Source of the DNA: Planctomycetota bacterium
Lineage (GTDB): Bacteria; Planctomycetota; PLA2; JAEUHO01
Assembly (NCBI GenBank): GCA_965222115.1
Contig: CBDCTJ010000007.1
Coordinates: 1,056,001-1,120,000, forward strand
Reading direction: 5' to 3'
Length of the DNA stretch: 64,000 nucleotides
Below, piece by piece: positions 39,283 through 49,823 of this stretch. Each line of letters begins with the position of its first letter. Position 1 is the stretch's first letter. The translations under genes were made by a program, and so were the position numbers. The notes beneath the pieces were generated by a model that was given only the letters and a program-made list of their open reading frames with translations, searched no databases and was not told the origin of the DNA.

Positions 39283-40281
39283 GTGTCGAACGACGACGGA
39301 GGCGGCATGCACAACCTTGGCGATTTGCTGGGCGAAATTCGGCTCCCCAAGCTCCGTTCCGGGGCCGCGATGCTTCCGCGGCAATCGGCTTCGAACGACG
39401 CCGCGTGGTCCTTTGATGCACCACTTGATCTGACGCTGCTTCACGACTTGGGTGCCGATCTTCCCGCCGGCCATCTTCATCTGTGGGGTGGTCCCAATGG
39501 AGCGGGCAAAGTGTCCGTGTTGCTGTCGCTGCTTTGCGGGGCCGCGGCGCGAGGACGTCGCATTCTCTACGCTACCTATGATTTGCCCGCCGACGCACTT
39601 GCTCGTCGCGTCTTGGCGATGCACGCCGGCGTATCCCTCGCTGACATTCCTGAGGCCGATGACGTTTCTGAAGCTGGTGGCGTTTCTAAAGCCGGCGGCA
39701 ATGACATTGGCGTGAGCCGCGCGTCACCCAACTACGAGGCCACACTGCTTCGATTGCATCGCGCCCGCAAGGGACTTGCGCCGTTACCGCTCACCATTCT
39801 TGAGGCGCGTGGCTTGGGTGTGGGGTCGCTTAAGGACCGCATCGTGCGTATGCCGTTCCGCCCGGAGATTGTTGCCATCGACTACTTGCAGGGCGTGACT
39901 CGCGCGCCGGGCATCGACTTGGCGGCGGCAGTGCGTGAACTCACGGATGTGGCTTCACACCTTCATCTTTCGCTGGTGTGCACGGTAAAGCCCGACGGAT
40001 CATCAACGGGAACCAGGGCTTCGAGCGGCGCGTCGTTGGGATCGGCCAGCGCCACGTTTGCGGGTCCCGGTGACTTGGCAACCTGGGCCCATGCCCTGCG
40101 CGGCGCGCCGGATCGCGTGGCGTGGCTCGCGCCCGACGTCGGTACCGGCCAAATCGATGACGCCGCGGCACGGGATGGTCTTCGGCGCGCAGTGATTCTT
40201 CACAACCGCCACGGCGATACGGGTGGTTATGCGTTGCGCGTGGAGTCCGATTCGGGCGCGATTCGTCGTCCCGACGCCTAG
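39283..40281 (+). CDS. DnaB-like helicase C-terminal (RecA-fold) domain protein, degenerate
   Basis: Walker A-like GGPNGAGKVS, Walker B VAIDYLQ, C-terminal HNRHGDTG (cf. DnaB KQRNGP.G). No N-terminal domain. Confidence 0.7.
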   Translation: MSNDDGGGMHNLGDLLGEIRLPKLRSGAAMLPRQSASNDAAWSFDAPLDLTLLHDLGADLPAGHLHLWGGPNGAGKVSVLLSLLCGAAARGRRILYATYDLPADALARRVLAMHAGVSLADIPEADDVSEAGGVSKAGGNDIGVSRASPNYEATLLRLHRARKGLAPLPLTILEARGLGVGSLKDRIVRMPFRPEIVAIDYLQGVTRAPGIDLAAAVRELTDVASHLHLSLVCTVKPDGSSTGTRASSGASLGSASATFAGPGDLATWAHALRGAPDRVAWLAPDVGTGQIDDAAARDGLRRAVILHNRHGDTGGYALRVESDSGAIRRPDA

Positions 40282-40452
40282 GCTCTGTTTGAAAACTCCT
40301 CTACTACGTGATCCGATTCTCTCGCTGCGAGGCGCGTCCCTTCGAAATTGTCATCCTCGGCGTGAACAGACCACGCCTGCGGGCCAATTTCTTGGTCCAT
40401 CGCCTCTCGCGTCGGCTTCGAATCACTCGCTACGAGCCTTTTCAAACAGAAC
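40282..40452. mobile_element. MITE (171 bp) with 14-bp terminal inverted repeats and CTAG target duplication
   Basis: CTAG-GCTCTGTTTGAAAA ... TTTTCAAACAGAAC-CTAG (13/14 match). Interior folds back (GTGAT/ATCAC, GAGGCG/CGCCTC, GAAATTG/CAATTTC, GGCGTG/CACGCC). Confidence 0.85.
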
Positions 40453-40935
40453 CTAGCCCGTTTCGGCGTCGTGGGGCGTGGCACTTCCTGCTGCGGTGGC
40501 CAGCGCGAGCCGAACCCGCACGCGGCGCATGCTGGCGGGTTCGATGTGGCAGGTCACGAGCCGTTCGCCCGCAATGGAGGGAATCGCAGTGAAGTCCTCC
40601 AGCGTTCCACCAACCGAGAACACAAACCACGTGGTGGTGGTGGGGGTTTGATCGTGGAGATCGATGAGGTCGGCGTGCACACGCTGCGCGAGGCGATGTA
40701 TCAACAATACGTCGTTGGGCACCGGCAACCGTTCCGGCGAAACGGATTGCAGTTGTTCGGCTTCTAACCAAAATGTTCGGTCCAAGCTGGCGAAGTACAC
40801 GCGAATGACGTTGCGTCGATCTTCAAAGGCAAGTCCCACTTCGGCTGGGAGTCCGTGCTGCTTACGCACATCGGCGTAAGGGAGAATGACTAGGTCGCCC
40901 ACACCAACCGTCGATGGCTTTGGAGTGTTCGTCAC
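40453..40935 (-). CDS. Hypothetical protein
   Basis: 160-aa ORF; N-terminal VGVGDLVIL...RVYF...TFW looks SH3/KOW-like. Confidence 0.6.
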   Translation of the reverse strand: MTNTPKPSTVGVGDLVILPYADVRKQHGLPAEVGLAFEDRRNVIRVYFASLDRTFWLEAEQLQSVSPERLPVPNDVLLIHRLAQRVHADLIDLHDQTPTTTTWFVFSVGGTLEDFTAIPSIAGERLVTCHIEPASMRRVRVRLALATAAGSATPHDAETG

Positions 40936-41676
40936 TGAATCTCCACAAATCGACCGAAATCACCGGTTCGCGAGTCGATAGGATGCGCTGGTTGCTAACG
41001 ATCAGATCGTGCCACGTTGCTTTGCACGGTCTTTACAAAGCTTCGTTTGTTCATGCGCCCTACCATCGTAGGATTGTTCACGCGTGCAACGTACGAACGT
41101 AGCTTCAATCGTAATGCGCTGCTTGCGCGTTCGATTCGCGCATCCGATTCTTCCGCAAGACCATTGCGTATGTGGTTGCGAAGTTTGCGCGTTCGATCGC
41201 AGTACGTGCTGTGCCCATTAGCAGTGCGCAACACGTCGCGCGGCGTACGTTTTACGCGGCGTACATTGCGCGCTAAGGTGCCTAAGCCACTCCAAAGAGT
41301 TCATTCGAGCCCGCACCCTTCCCATCCGAGCCACAACCTACGAATGCGCGAAAATGGACCGCTCCGGCCGATCGAATTACCGTCGTACTACCGAACGTGA
41401 CGGATCGATTACGTAAATATACGAACAACATACGAAAAATATTGGGTGTAGCAGATGGGCGCTTCAGCTTGTCTGGGACGTCTCCGATTCGGCATGGGAG
41501 ACTCGCGCCAGCGCCTGGGCGAGGCATGCATAGACCACCGGGAGGGGTCTTGCTTGCGCCGTTCGGGCGGTGGGGGCACGTGCTCGTCGGCTTTCGGCGC
41601 CGCGTCGTGCTTCTGCGACGTGACGGGTGTTTCCAACCCGGGGGCATATCGCCCAAAACATGAATCAGGAGGGATC

Positions 41677-43086
41677 ATGAATCGAGCAACGATGGCCGTC
41701 GCGGCCATGTGCCTATCGGCCGTGTTCGCGGTCGCGATCGCTGGAAACGCGTACGCCAACGAGACCAGTGCTCGTGACATTCAGGCGGCCGTGGACCAGT
41801 ATCTTAGTAACACCGATCAAGATACGAACTTGGTGGGTGGTCCCGGAACCGCTGGCTATGACAACGGTTTCTGGATTCGTGGGGGCGATTTCAGCCTCAA
41901 GATGAATCTCACGCTCCAGGCTCGTTTCGAGGCCATGGACTGGGATGACGCATTTGAGAACCCGGTCGTGGGCGCCAACCAGGCCGCGATTCACGACCTG
42001 TCGGGCTTCAGCCTGCCGCGTGCGGTTCTCAAGTTCTCCGGTACGGCACCGTGCAACATGCGCTATTACATGGCGCTTGATTTCGGTCACTGGGGCGATG
42101 ATGCGCTTCGCCGCCAACTCGGTGGCGGTGGTCAATTCTTCAACAACAACCTTGGGCCCCAGGGCGCCGACCAGAGCTACAACTTCGACAACACGCGTGA
42201 AGCGTGGATCGAGTGGGGTTGCAGCGACGCGCTCAATATCCGTATGGGTCAGATCGCCATTCCCACCACGCGCCAGTTGATGGTTGCCCCCGAACTCCAG
42301 CAGTTCGTGGACGTCTCGTTGGCTTCTGCGTTCTTGGGTTGGAACCTGCCCGGCATGACCGATCGCAACCGCGATCACGGCGTCATGCTTCACGGTGCCT
42401 TCGGTTGCGATAACGAGTGGAGCTACATGTTTGCCATCACCAATGGTGACGGCGGCGACTCCATCCGTAACGTGATCGACTCACGCACGTCCGACAACTT
42501 GGCGTTCAGCGCTCGTGTCAACTGGGCATTCCTCAAGCCGATTGGCTACCAAGAGGGTGCGCTCAATGCCGACACATGCGGCTGGTACGGTGAACTTGGT
42601 GCATGGGGCTTTTACTACGCCGACCGCGTAGACAATCCCCACACGACGATCGCCGACTCGCTCCGCTGGGGTGTTGACCTCGCGCTTGGATACGGCGGCT
42701 GGTCATTCACCGGTGCGTTCAACATGCTCAGCAACAGCGACATTCCCGCCGGCGCTGGTACGAACGATATCGATGCCACGGCCTATTTGGCGCAGCTTGG
42801 TTACCACTTCCCCGGCACGGCTTGGGAAGTTGCGGTTCGCTACAGCGCTTACAACGTCGACAACGACGCGCTCGCTTCGGACGGCACCACGTCTGAAATC
42901 GCGTTCGGTGTGAACTACTACCTCAATGGCCACGGCAACAAGCTCAGCTTGGATGCGGCCATCTTGAGTGGTGACGATGTCAATGCGTTCCTCATCTTCG
43001 ATCCCTACACCGGCTACGGCGGGATTGCGAATGGTGACGAGGACTACGGCTTGTTGCTCCGCTTCCAGTGGCAGCTCGCTCTCTAG
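41677..43086 (+). CDS. Outer-membrane porin (OprO/OprP-like beta-barrel)
   Basis: AGGAGG RBS, signal peptide, AGYDNGFWI motif, alternating beta strands, GVNYYLNGH, C-terminal RFQWQLAL, strong codon bias. Confidence 0.85.
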   Translation: MNRATMAVAAMCLSAVFAVAIAGNAYANETSARDIQAAVDQYLSNTDQDTNLVGGPGTAGYDNGFWIRGGDFSLKMNLTLQARFEAMDWDDAFENPVVGANQAAIHDLSGFSLPRAVLKFSGTAPCNMRYYMALDFGHWGDDALRRQLGGGGQFFNNNLGPQGADQSYNFDNTREAWIEWGCSDALNIRMGQIAIPTTRQLMVAPELQQFVDVSLASAFLGWNLPGMTDRNRDHGVMLHGAFGCDNEWSYMFAITNGDGGDSIRNVIDSRTSDNLAFSARVNWAFLKPIGYQEGALNADTCGWYGELGAWGFYYADRVDNPHTTIADSLRWGVDLALGYGGWSFTGAFNMLSNSDIPAGAGTNDIDATAYLAQLGYHFPGTAWEVAVRYSAYNVDNDALASDGTTSEIAFGVNYYLNGHGNKLSLDAAILSGDDVNAFLIFDPYTGYGGIANGDEDYGLLLRFQWQLAL

Positions 43087-43115
43087 AGTCATTCTACCTC
43101 TAGACCGATTGACTT

Positions 43116-43152
43116 GCGGCGCGTCCATCTTGGGCGCGCCGTCTGTCGTTTT
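43116..43152 (+). terminator. Rho-independent terminator after the porin
   Basis: GCGGCGCGTCCA-TCT-TGGGCGCGCCGT hairpin followed by CTGTCGTTTT. Confidence 0.6.
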
Positions 43153-43395
43153 GTAGTAGTAGTGATTCACCGTGCTGTTTGGGCGTGCTGATCGCTGGAT
43201 GCTCGGTCCCGCTTGCGCTCTCCTCCTCGCGTAGCAGACTACGCCACGTCGTCGATCGCGGCGCGCTACCTTCGCCCCAACGATCCGATTGAGATCGAAC
43301 GAGCCTCGTTTGAAATTCGGAATACGGCGCTCGTGCGAACGAACGAGGCAGGGTGTGTATGGGCGCTTTCAGTGAAGGCACCGTAGAGTCTCTGC

Positions 43396-46300
43396 ATGCC
43401 GCGCGAGACACCACGCTTCATCTCCATCCGTGGTGCCCGGCAACACAATCTTCAAGGCGTCGATGTTGACATCCCGGTCGGCGCCCTGACGGTCATCACC
43501 GGCGTTTCCGGATCTGGAAAGTCGAGTCTTGCGTTCGATACGCTCTACGCCGAGGGCCAACGGCGGTACGTCGAATCGTTCTCGGCCTACGCCCGGCAGT
43601 TTCTCGATCGCATGAAGCGGCCAAACGTCGAACGGATCGACGGAGTCCTGCCCGCGGTAGCGATCGGTCGCAGCAATCCCTTTCGAGGCGCCCGTTCCAC
43701 GGTGGCTTCACTGTGTGAGCTCACCGATCACCTTCGAGTCCTCTTTGCGCGCGCCGCGTTCTTGCACTGTACGTCGTGCGGTAAACGCGTTGAGCCGGAA
43801 CATCCACAGGCGGTGATTGGGCGGCTGCTCAGCGAAGCACGCGGTCGCAAGGCGATGTTGGGCTTCGAGCTACCACTCACTCGTGAACAGCTTGTTCGCG
43901 GTGGGCTCAACGATCTCCAGAGTAGTGGCTTGTTTCGTGTGGTGCAGAACGGTCGTGCCGTAGACATAGCGGCCGATGGCTCAAACTGGCCTGAGAAGGG
44001 ACCAGGCTTCGTCCTTGTGGATCGCGTCATCATTGGCCGGACGGCACGTAGTCGGCTTGAAGACTCGTTGCAAACGTCTTTTCGCGGCGGTCGAGGCACA
44101 GCGTATGTGCTGTTGCTTGGTGATGGGGACAAGGACGAAGAGCAGCGTGCATTTCGTGAGGGGCTCATCTGCGCCGCTTGCGGCACGTCGCATCGTCCGC
44201 CGACGCCGCGCATGTTTTCGTCGAGCAGTCCTGTAGGTGCGTGCGGCACCTGCAATGGATTTGGGCGTGTCACAGGCATTGACTGGGACCTTGTGGTTCC
44301 CATCGCACACCACTCGCTCAAGCAGGGTGCCGTTCGCCCGTTTCAAACTCCGTCGATGCGTCGTCACCGCAGTCGGTTGTTGCAATGGTGCGTGGAACAG
44401 GGCATCGATGTCAACAAACCGTGGAGCAGACTCAAGGCATCGGACCGCAAGCGCATTTTGCAGGGTGGCGACGGATGGAAGGGCGTTGCTGGCGTCTTCG
44501 ATGCGCTCAAACGTAAGAGTTACAAAGTTCACGTGCGTGTGCTGTTGTCACGCTACCGCGGGTATCCAACCTGCCCCGACTGCGAGGGTACGCGGCTGGC
44601 GCCTCAGGGACGTGCGTGGACGCTTGGCAACTATGCACTGCCGGATGTACTGGCAATGCGTGTGAACGAGGCGTGTGCGTTCTTTCAGAGCGCTACTACG
44701 AAGTCGGCGCTGACCGATGCCTTGGATCGCGTGCAGCGTGAAGTCGTGCGCGTTGTGGCCGAGGAAGTACTCGCCCGCTTGACCTGTCTTCAAGAAGTGG
44801 GGCTTGGTTACATCACGCTTGATCGCACGGCACGCACGCTCTCCGGCGGAGAGATTCAACGCGTGCATTTGACCGGCGCGATTGGTTCGCGACTCGTCAA
44901 CACACTATTCGTGTTGGACGAACCTTCCGTGGGGCTGCACGCGCGCGACAACGAACGTCTCTTGCGTGTGTTGCGTCGGCTAGTGGGCCAAGGCAACACG
45001 GTGGTAGTTGTCGAACACGATCCGGCCATCCTTCGCGCCGCCGACTTCGTCGTGGACATCGGCCCTCACGCCGGTCGCGATGGAGGACGCGTAGTTGCCA
45101 TGGGCGCACCGGCCGATATCGCCAAGAACGCCGATTCAATTACCGGCGCATGGTTGACCGGTGCACGCAAGGCTACGCCGCACGGCGTTTCGCCAATTGC
45201 GAAATCGAAAGACCACCGCGTGGGTGTAGCTGGCGCGAGCGCGAACAACCTCAAGGGCGTCGACCTGCTCCTCTCGATGGGCCGCGTCACGGCGCTTACC
45301 GGCGTTAGCGGTAGTGGTAAGTCGACGCTGGCCCACGACGTGCTGTACATGGCGATGGCGCGCGCGCTCGGACGACCGGAACAGACACCGGGCTCGCACA
45401 TTGCAGTTGTCGGCGTAGAACTCCTCGACGACGTGATTCTTGTGGAGCAAGCCGCTGCCGGCCGTACGTCGCGCGCCAATGCAGCCACGTACCTCGGTGC
45501 GTGGGACGGCGTGCGCAAGCTCTTTTCCGGTTTGGACGCGTCGGTGGAAGCTGGCTTCACCGCGTCGACGTTTTCGTTCAATGTTCGGGGTGGACGTTGC
45601 GAAGCCTGTGGTGGTGCGGGTGTTGAACGCATCGATATGCAATTTCTCTCCGACGTGGACATTGAGTGTTCGGAGTGCGCGGGACTACGCTTTCGCCCGG
45701 ATGTACTCTCCGTGCGGTACCGCGGTCATTCGATTGGCGACGTGCTGGGTCTCACGGCGCGGGAAGCGCGAGACGTTTTTGGCGAAGCACCAAAGTCGGT
45801 ACGCACCAAAGTGCTGGCAGCGCTCGATGCCCTGCGCGATGTGGGACTTGAGTATCTAACACTGGGTCAGTCGCTCAATACCCTGTCCAGCGGGGAGTGG
45901 CAGCGGTTACGGTTGGCGTTGGCCCTTCAGACGCGCAAGCCCAAGAAACCATCGCTCTACATCTTCGATGAGCCCACGACAGGGCTCCATATGAACGACG
46001 TGGATGTGCTTGGCCGCGCGATTCATCACCTTGCGGCTCGTGGGCATGCGGTGTTGGTCGTTGAGCACAACCTCGACTTCATTCGTGGTGCCCATCGTGT
46101 GATTGATCTTGGGCCCGAAGGCGGCGATGCCGGTGGCGAGATCGTCGCCGACGGTACGCCTGCGGAGGTGTCGAAAGGCAGCGGTCACACGGCAGTATGG
46201 CTGCGCAAGCGACCTGCGCGTCTCAAGCGCACAACGAAAGCGCGTGGTTCGAAGCGCGCCTCGCAGAATATCGACGCGATTGAAATCCGTGGCGCACGCG

Positions 46301-49101
46301 AACACAACTTACGTGATGTGAAGGTGGATGTTCCGCGGGGTGCGTTTGTTGTGGTGAGTGGTCCCAGCGGTTCGGGCAAGTCCACTCTGGCGTTTGATGT
46401 GCTCTTTGCCGAAGGGCAACGGCGCTACATTGAGACGTTGTCGGTATATGCGCGTCAGTTTCTCGGCCAGTTGGGGCGTCCGGACGTCGATCGGGTAGCT
46501 GGCGTGCCGCCCACGATTGCGATTTCTCAGCGTCGCTCGCGTGGTGGTCGTCGGTCAACCGTGGCAACCATGACCGAGATCGCACACTTCTTGCGGCTCT
46601 TTTATGCCCGCGCCGGCGTGGCCCATTGCCCGTCGTGTGATCGACCCTTGGAAACGCTATCCGAACGCGTGATGGCCACGCGCATAGTGGACGAGTATCA
46701 GGGACAGACGATTCAATTGTGGGCGCCGCGCATTCTTGGTCGCAAGGGCTTTCATCGCGATCTCTTCGAGCAAATGGCGCGGCGCGGGCACGCAACGGCG
46801 CGCGTGGATGAACGCATTGTTGCCTGTGATCCACCGCCCAAACTCGACCGCTATCGCGAACACGACATCGACGAGTGGATGGGGTCGCTCAACGTCACGC
46901 GGCGCGTTCGGCCTGGCCTCGAGGCTCTGATCGCGGCCACATTGATTCGCGGCAACGGTTCGTTGGTTGTGACCGATGAAAATGACGTGCCGCGGCGCTA
47001 TTCATCCAAGCAGTCGTGTCCGTACGATGGCACGGCGGTGCGCGATCTGGAGCCACGGCTGTTTAGCCACAACAGTAAGCGCGGGTGGTGTCCGAACTGT
47101 CGTGGCTTGGGTACGGAACCCACCGTTGACGCGTCGTTGATACCCATTGCAGAAGACAAGACCCTGGCGGCGGGAGCGATTACACCGCTTGGTATTGAGC
47201 CGTCCATGCGCCGGAAGTTCAATCGCGATGCCAAGAATGAGCTCGGCATTCATCCGCGCACGGTGTGGTCTTCGCTCACCGCTGCCAAGAAGCGCGTATT
47301 GATTGAAGGGAATGCGTCCAAGGGCTTTGAAGGCGCGCGCTCGCGCCTCGAACGCTACTTTCGTGAAGGTCCTGAAGGTGCGGCGGATTGGTTTGGTGAC
47401 TACGTCAGGCGCGTGTCTTGTTCGGCGTGCTCAGGTGAACGGCTGCGACCGGAAGCACGCGCCGTGCGAGTGGGGGATAAGCGCCTGCCGGAGTTGCTAC
47501 ACCACTCCATTGGCGGATTTGACGACGCACTCAAGTCGTTGGTGCTCTCGGGTCGACAAGCGCGCATTGGCAAGCCGGTCTTGCGTGGCATCCATGATCG
47601 CGCTGCGTTTATGGAACGTATGGGACTTGGCTACCTCACGCTTGACCGCGATGCGCGCACGCTTTCGGGTGGCGAATCGCAGCGCCTGCGGCTTGCGGCA
47701 CAAATGGGTAGCACGTTGCGCGGCGTGTGCTACGTGCTCGATGAACCCACGATTGGACTTCATGCGCGCGACAACGCTCGCTTGTTGCGCTCACTGCAAG
47801 ACCTTCGCGCTCGTGGCAACAGTCTGGTTGTGGTGGAACACGATCTCGACACCATTCGTGCCGCGGATCGGTTGATCGATCTCGGGCCGGGTGGGGGACG
47901 CTTGGGCGGTCGGATTGTTGCGGAGGGCACGCCGAGCGAACTAGCGCACGATCCAGATTCGCCCACCGGTCGTGTACTCCAGCGAACGTCGCCAACGTTG
48001 AACGCCAGTACGGTACCCGCCACAGCGCGCATCAAGCTGAGCGGCGTGACGCTGCACAACCTCAAATGCGTGAATGTTGAGATTCCACTCAATCGGTTCG
48101 TTTGCGTAACCGGCGTCTCCGGTGCAGGCAAGTCAACCTTGATGCATCGCGTGTTGGTGCCCGCGCTCAACATTGCGCTCAACAAGAAGACGAAACGCAA
48201 GCCAACGGGTCCGTTTCGTTCCATCTCGGGCTATGGCGCGCTCACTCGTGTGGTGGAAGTTGATTCCGCGCCCATTGGTAAGACGCCGCGCTCGGTGCCT
48301 GCGACCTATCTGGGTATGTGGACGCCGATTCGCAAGGCGTTAGCGCTAACGCCAGAGGCGCGGGTGCGTGGTTATGGTCCCGGTCGATTCTCGTTCAATA
48401 CGCGTGAGGGTCGATGTCCTGAGTGCGACGGCATGGGCGAGCGTCGCATTGAAATGTCGTTTTTGCCGGGCGTACGCGTGCCCTGTGAAACGTGCGAAGG
48501 GCTTCGTTTTGATCCCGAGACGCTCGATATTCGGTGGAAGGGGCGCAACGCTGGCGAACTGCTCGCCATGAGTTTTGAAGAAGCCACATCGTTCTACGAA
48601 GGCATGGCATCGATTCGAAGCTACGCGAATTGGATGCATGAGCTGGGAATGGGGTATCTCGCACTTGGACAACCCTCGCCCACGCTTTCGGGTGGCGAAG
48701 CGCAGCGCGTGAAGCTCGTCTCTGAACTTGGCAAAGAATCCACGTCCGGCGCCACGCTGTATGTGTTGGATGAACCCACGATTGGTCTGCACGGTGAAGA
48801 CGTCGATCGCTTGGTTGCGGGGTTGCGCAAGCTTGTTGAACGTGGGCATACGGTGGTTGTGATTGAGCACAATCTCGAACTGATTGCGACGGCCGATCAT
48901 GTCATCGACTTGGGGCCGGAAGGCGGGGACGGCGGCGGTCGCGTCGTCGCGTGTGGCACACCCAAAGACGTGTCGCGTGTAAAGAAAGATAGTCACACAG
49001 CCAAGGCACTTCGAGGTCTTAGCCGCGCACGCATGCCTGGAAGCAAGCGCAAAGCGTCCTCGGTTCCAAAGTCAAGGACGTCAACCCCAAGTCGCTCGTA
49101 A
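43396..49101 (+). CDS. uvrA: Excinuclease ABC subunit A, tandem double-length form
   Basis: Two complete UvrA units (GARQHNL / GAREHNL, AEGQRRY twice), four Walker A motifs, four LS(G/S)GE signatures and DEP Walker B motifs, multiple CxxC zinc modules. Confidence 0.95.
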   Translation: MPRETPRFISIRGARQHNLQGVDVDIPVGALTVITGVSGSGKSSLAFDTLYAEGQRRYVESFSAYARQFLDRMKRPNVERIDGVLPAVAIGRSNPFRGARSTVASLCELTDHLRVLFARAAFLHCTSCGKRVEPEHPQAVIGRLLSEARGRKAMLGFELPLTREQLVRGGLNDLQSSGLFRVVQNGRAVDIAADGSNWPEKGPGFVLVDRVIIGRTARSRLEDSLQTSFRGGRGTAYVLLLGDGDKDEEQRAFREGLICAACGTSHRPPTPRMFSSSSPVGACGTCNGFGRVTGIDWDLVVPIAHHSLKQGAVRPFQTPSMRRHRSRLLQWCVEQGIDVNKPWSRLKASDRKRILQGGDGWKGVAGVFDALKRKSYKVHVRVLLSRYRGYPTCPDCEGTRLAPQGRAWTLGNYALPDVLAMRVNEACAFFQSATTKSALTDALDRVQREVVRVVAEEVLARLTCLQEVGLGYITLDRTARTLSGGEIQRVHLTGAIGSRLVNTLFVLDEPSVGLHARDNERLLRVLRRLVGQGNTVVVVEHDPAILRAADFVVDIGPHAGRDGGRVVAMGAPADIAKNADSITGAWLTGARKATPHGVSPIAKSKDHRVGVAGASANNLKGVDLLLSMGRVTALTGVSGSGKSTLAHDVLYMAMARALGRPEQTPGSHIAVVGVELLDDVILVEQAAAGRTSRANAATYLGAWDGVRKLFSGLDASVEAGFTASTFSFNVRGGRCEACGGAGVERIDMQFLSDVDIECSECAGLRFRPDVLSVRYRGHSIGDVLGLTAREARDVFGEAPKSVRTKVLAALDALRDVGLEYLTLGQSLNTLSSGEWQRLRLALALQTRKPKKPSLYIFDEPTTGLHMNDVDVLGRAIHHLAARGHAVLVVEHNLDFIRGAHRVIDLGPEGGDAGGEIVADGTPAEVSKGSGHTAVWLRKRPARLKRTTKARGSKRASQNIDAIEIRGAREHNLRDVKVDVPRGAFVVVSGPSGSGKSTLAFDVLFAEGQRRYIETLSVYARQFLGQLGRPDVDRVAGVPPTIAISQRRSRGGRRSTVATMTEIAHFLRLFYARAGVAHCPSCDRPLETLSERVMATRIVDEYQGQTIQLWAPRILGRKGFHRDLFEQMARRGHATARVDERIVACDPPPKLDRYREHDIDEWMGSLNVTRRVRPGLEALIAATLIRGNGSLVVTDENDVPRRYSSKQSCPYDGTAVRDLEPRLFSHNSKRGWCPNCRGLGTEPTVDASLIPIAEDKTLAAGAITPLGIEPSMRRKFNRDAKNELGIHPRTVWSSLTAAKKRVLIEGNASKGFEGARSRLERYFREGPEGAADWFGDYVRRVSCSACSGERLRPEARAVRVGDKRLPELLHHSIGGFDDALKSLVLSGRQARIGKPVLRGIHDRAAFMERMGLGYLTLDRDARTLSGGESQRLRLAAQMGSTLRGVCYVLDEPTIGLHARDNARLLRSLQDLRARGNSLVVVEHDLDTIRAADRLIDLGPGGGRLGGRIVAEGTPSELAHDPDSPTGRVLQRTSPTLNASTVPATARIKLSGVTLHNLKCVNVEIPLNRFVCVTGVSGAGKSTLMHRVLVPALNIALNKKTKRKPTGPFRSISGYGALTRVVEVDSAPIGKTPRSVPATYLGMWTPIRKALALTPEARVRGYGPGRFSFNTREGRCPECDGMGERRIEMSFLPGVRVPCETCEGLRFDPETLDIRWKGRNAGELLAMSFEEATSFYEGMASIRSYANWMHELGMGYLALGQPSPTLSGGEAQRVKLVSELGKESTSGATLYVLDEPTIGLHGEDVDRLVAGLRKLVERGHTVVVIEHNLELIATADHVIDLGPEGGDGGGRVVACGTPKDVSRVKKDSHTAKALRGLSRARMPGSKRKASSVPKSRTSTPSRS

Positions 49102-49165
49102 GACGCTTGCTTCGTGGTTGAGTCTACCCGCATTCGGCGCGTACGATGTGTGTCGGAGGACCGCT

Positions 49166-49822
49166 ATGTCGGAACACGACCACGATCACGCAACGCGGCG
49201 CGACTCGCAGACGTCGCAGGGCGTCACACGCAGAGCGTTGGTTCAAGGTGCCGCGACCGCAGCAGCCACAGGCGCGTTGCTTGGTCGTTCAGCACTCGCG
49301 AAGGAAGCGCCAGCGAAGACACGCGTTTCGGCGCCCAAGGTGCAGGGACCCGGCAAGGTGTCGATCAAGTTGCAGGTCAATGGCAAGGCGCAGTCGCTTT
49401 CAGTGGAGCCGCGCGAAACGTTGCTTGAGTCGCTGCGCTTGGGTCTCGATTTGACGGGTGCCAAGCCCGTTTGCGATCGCGGGCAGTGCGGAGCATGCAC
49501 GATTCTGTTGGACGACCTGCCGGTCTATGCCTGCACGGTGTTGACGGTTGAGGCGGAGGGCAAAGCCGTTACCACGGTTGAAGGATTGGGCACCCCCTCC
49601 AAGTTGCATCCGGTTCAAAAGTCGTTCGTCGATCATGACGCGCTGCAATGTGGTTTCTGCACACCCGGCATGGTCGTTTCGTGCGCCTATGCCGTGAAGA
49701 CACACGGCGCGTCATTGACCGACGAACAGGTGCGTAACGCATGCGCCGGAAATCTTTGCCGCTGCGGCACCTATCCCCATGTGCTCAAGGCCGCACTCGA
49801 AGCCGCGAAGAAGGGGAAGTAA
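49166..49822 (+). CDS. Xanthine-oxidase-family 2Fe-2S subunit with Tat signal (PaoA/YagT-like)
   Basis: GGAGG RBS; TRRALV twin-arginine signal; CDRGQCGAC, QCGFCTPG, NLCRCG. Confidence 0.92.
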   Translation: MSEHDHDHATRRDSQTSQGVTRRALVQGAATAAATGALLGRSALAKEAPAKTRVSAPKVQGPGKVSIKLQVNGKAQSLSVEPRETLLESLRLGLDLTGAKPVCDRGQCGACTILLDDLPVYACTVLTVEAEGKAVTTVEGLGTPSKLHPVQKSFVDHDALQCGFCTPGMVVSCAYAVKTHGASLTDEQVRNACAGNLCRCGTYPHVLKAALEAAKKGK

Positions 49823-49823
49823 G

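Noticed and set aside
39661-39699. 18-bp imperfect duplication inside the DnaB-like gene (VSEAGG/VSKAGG)
   Set aside because: An in-frame slippage in a low-complexity loop with no evident function.
41017-41400. Arg-rich 127-aa ORF upstream of the porin
   Set aside because: No RBS, atypical composition and no motif; likely a spurious frame in intergenic DNA.
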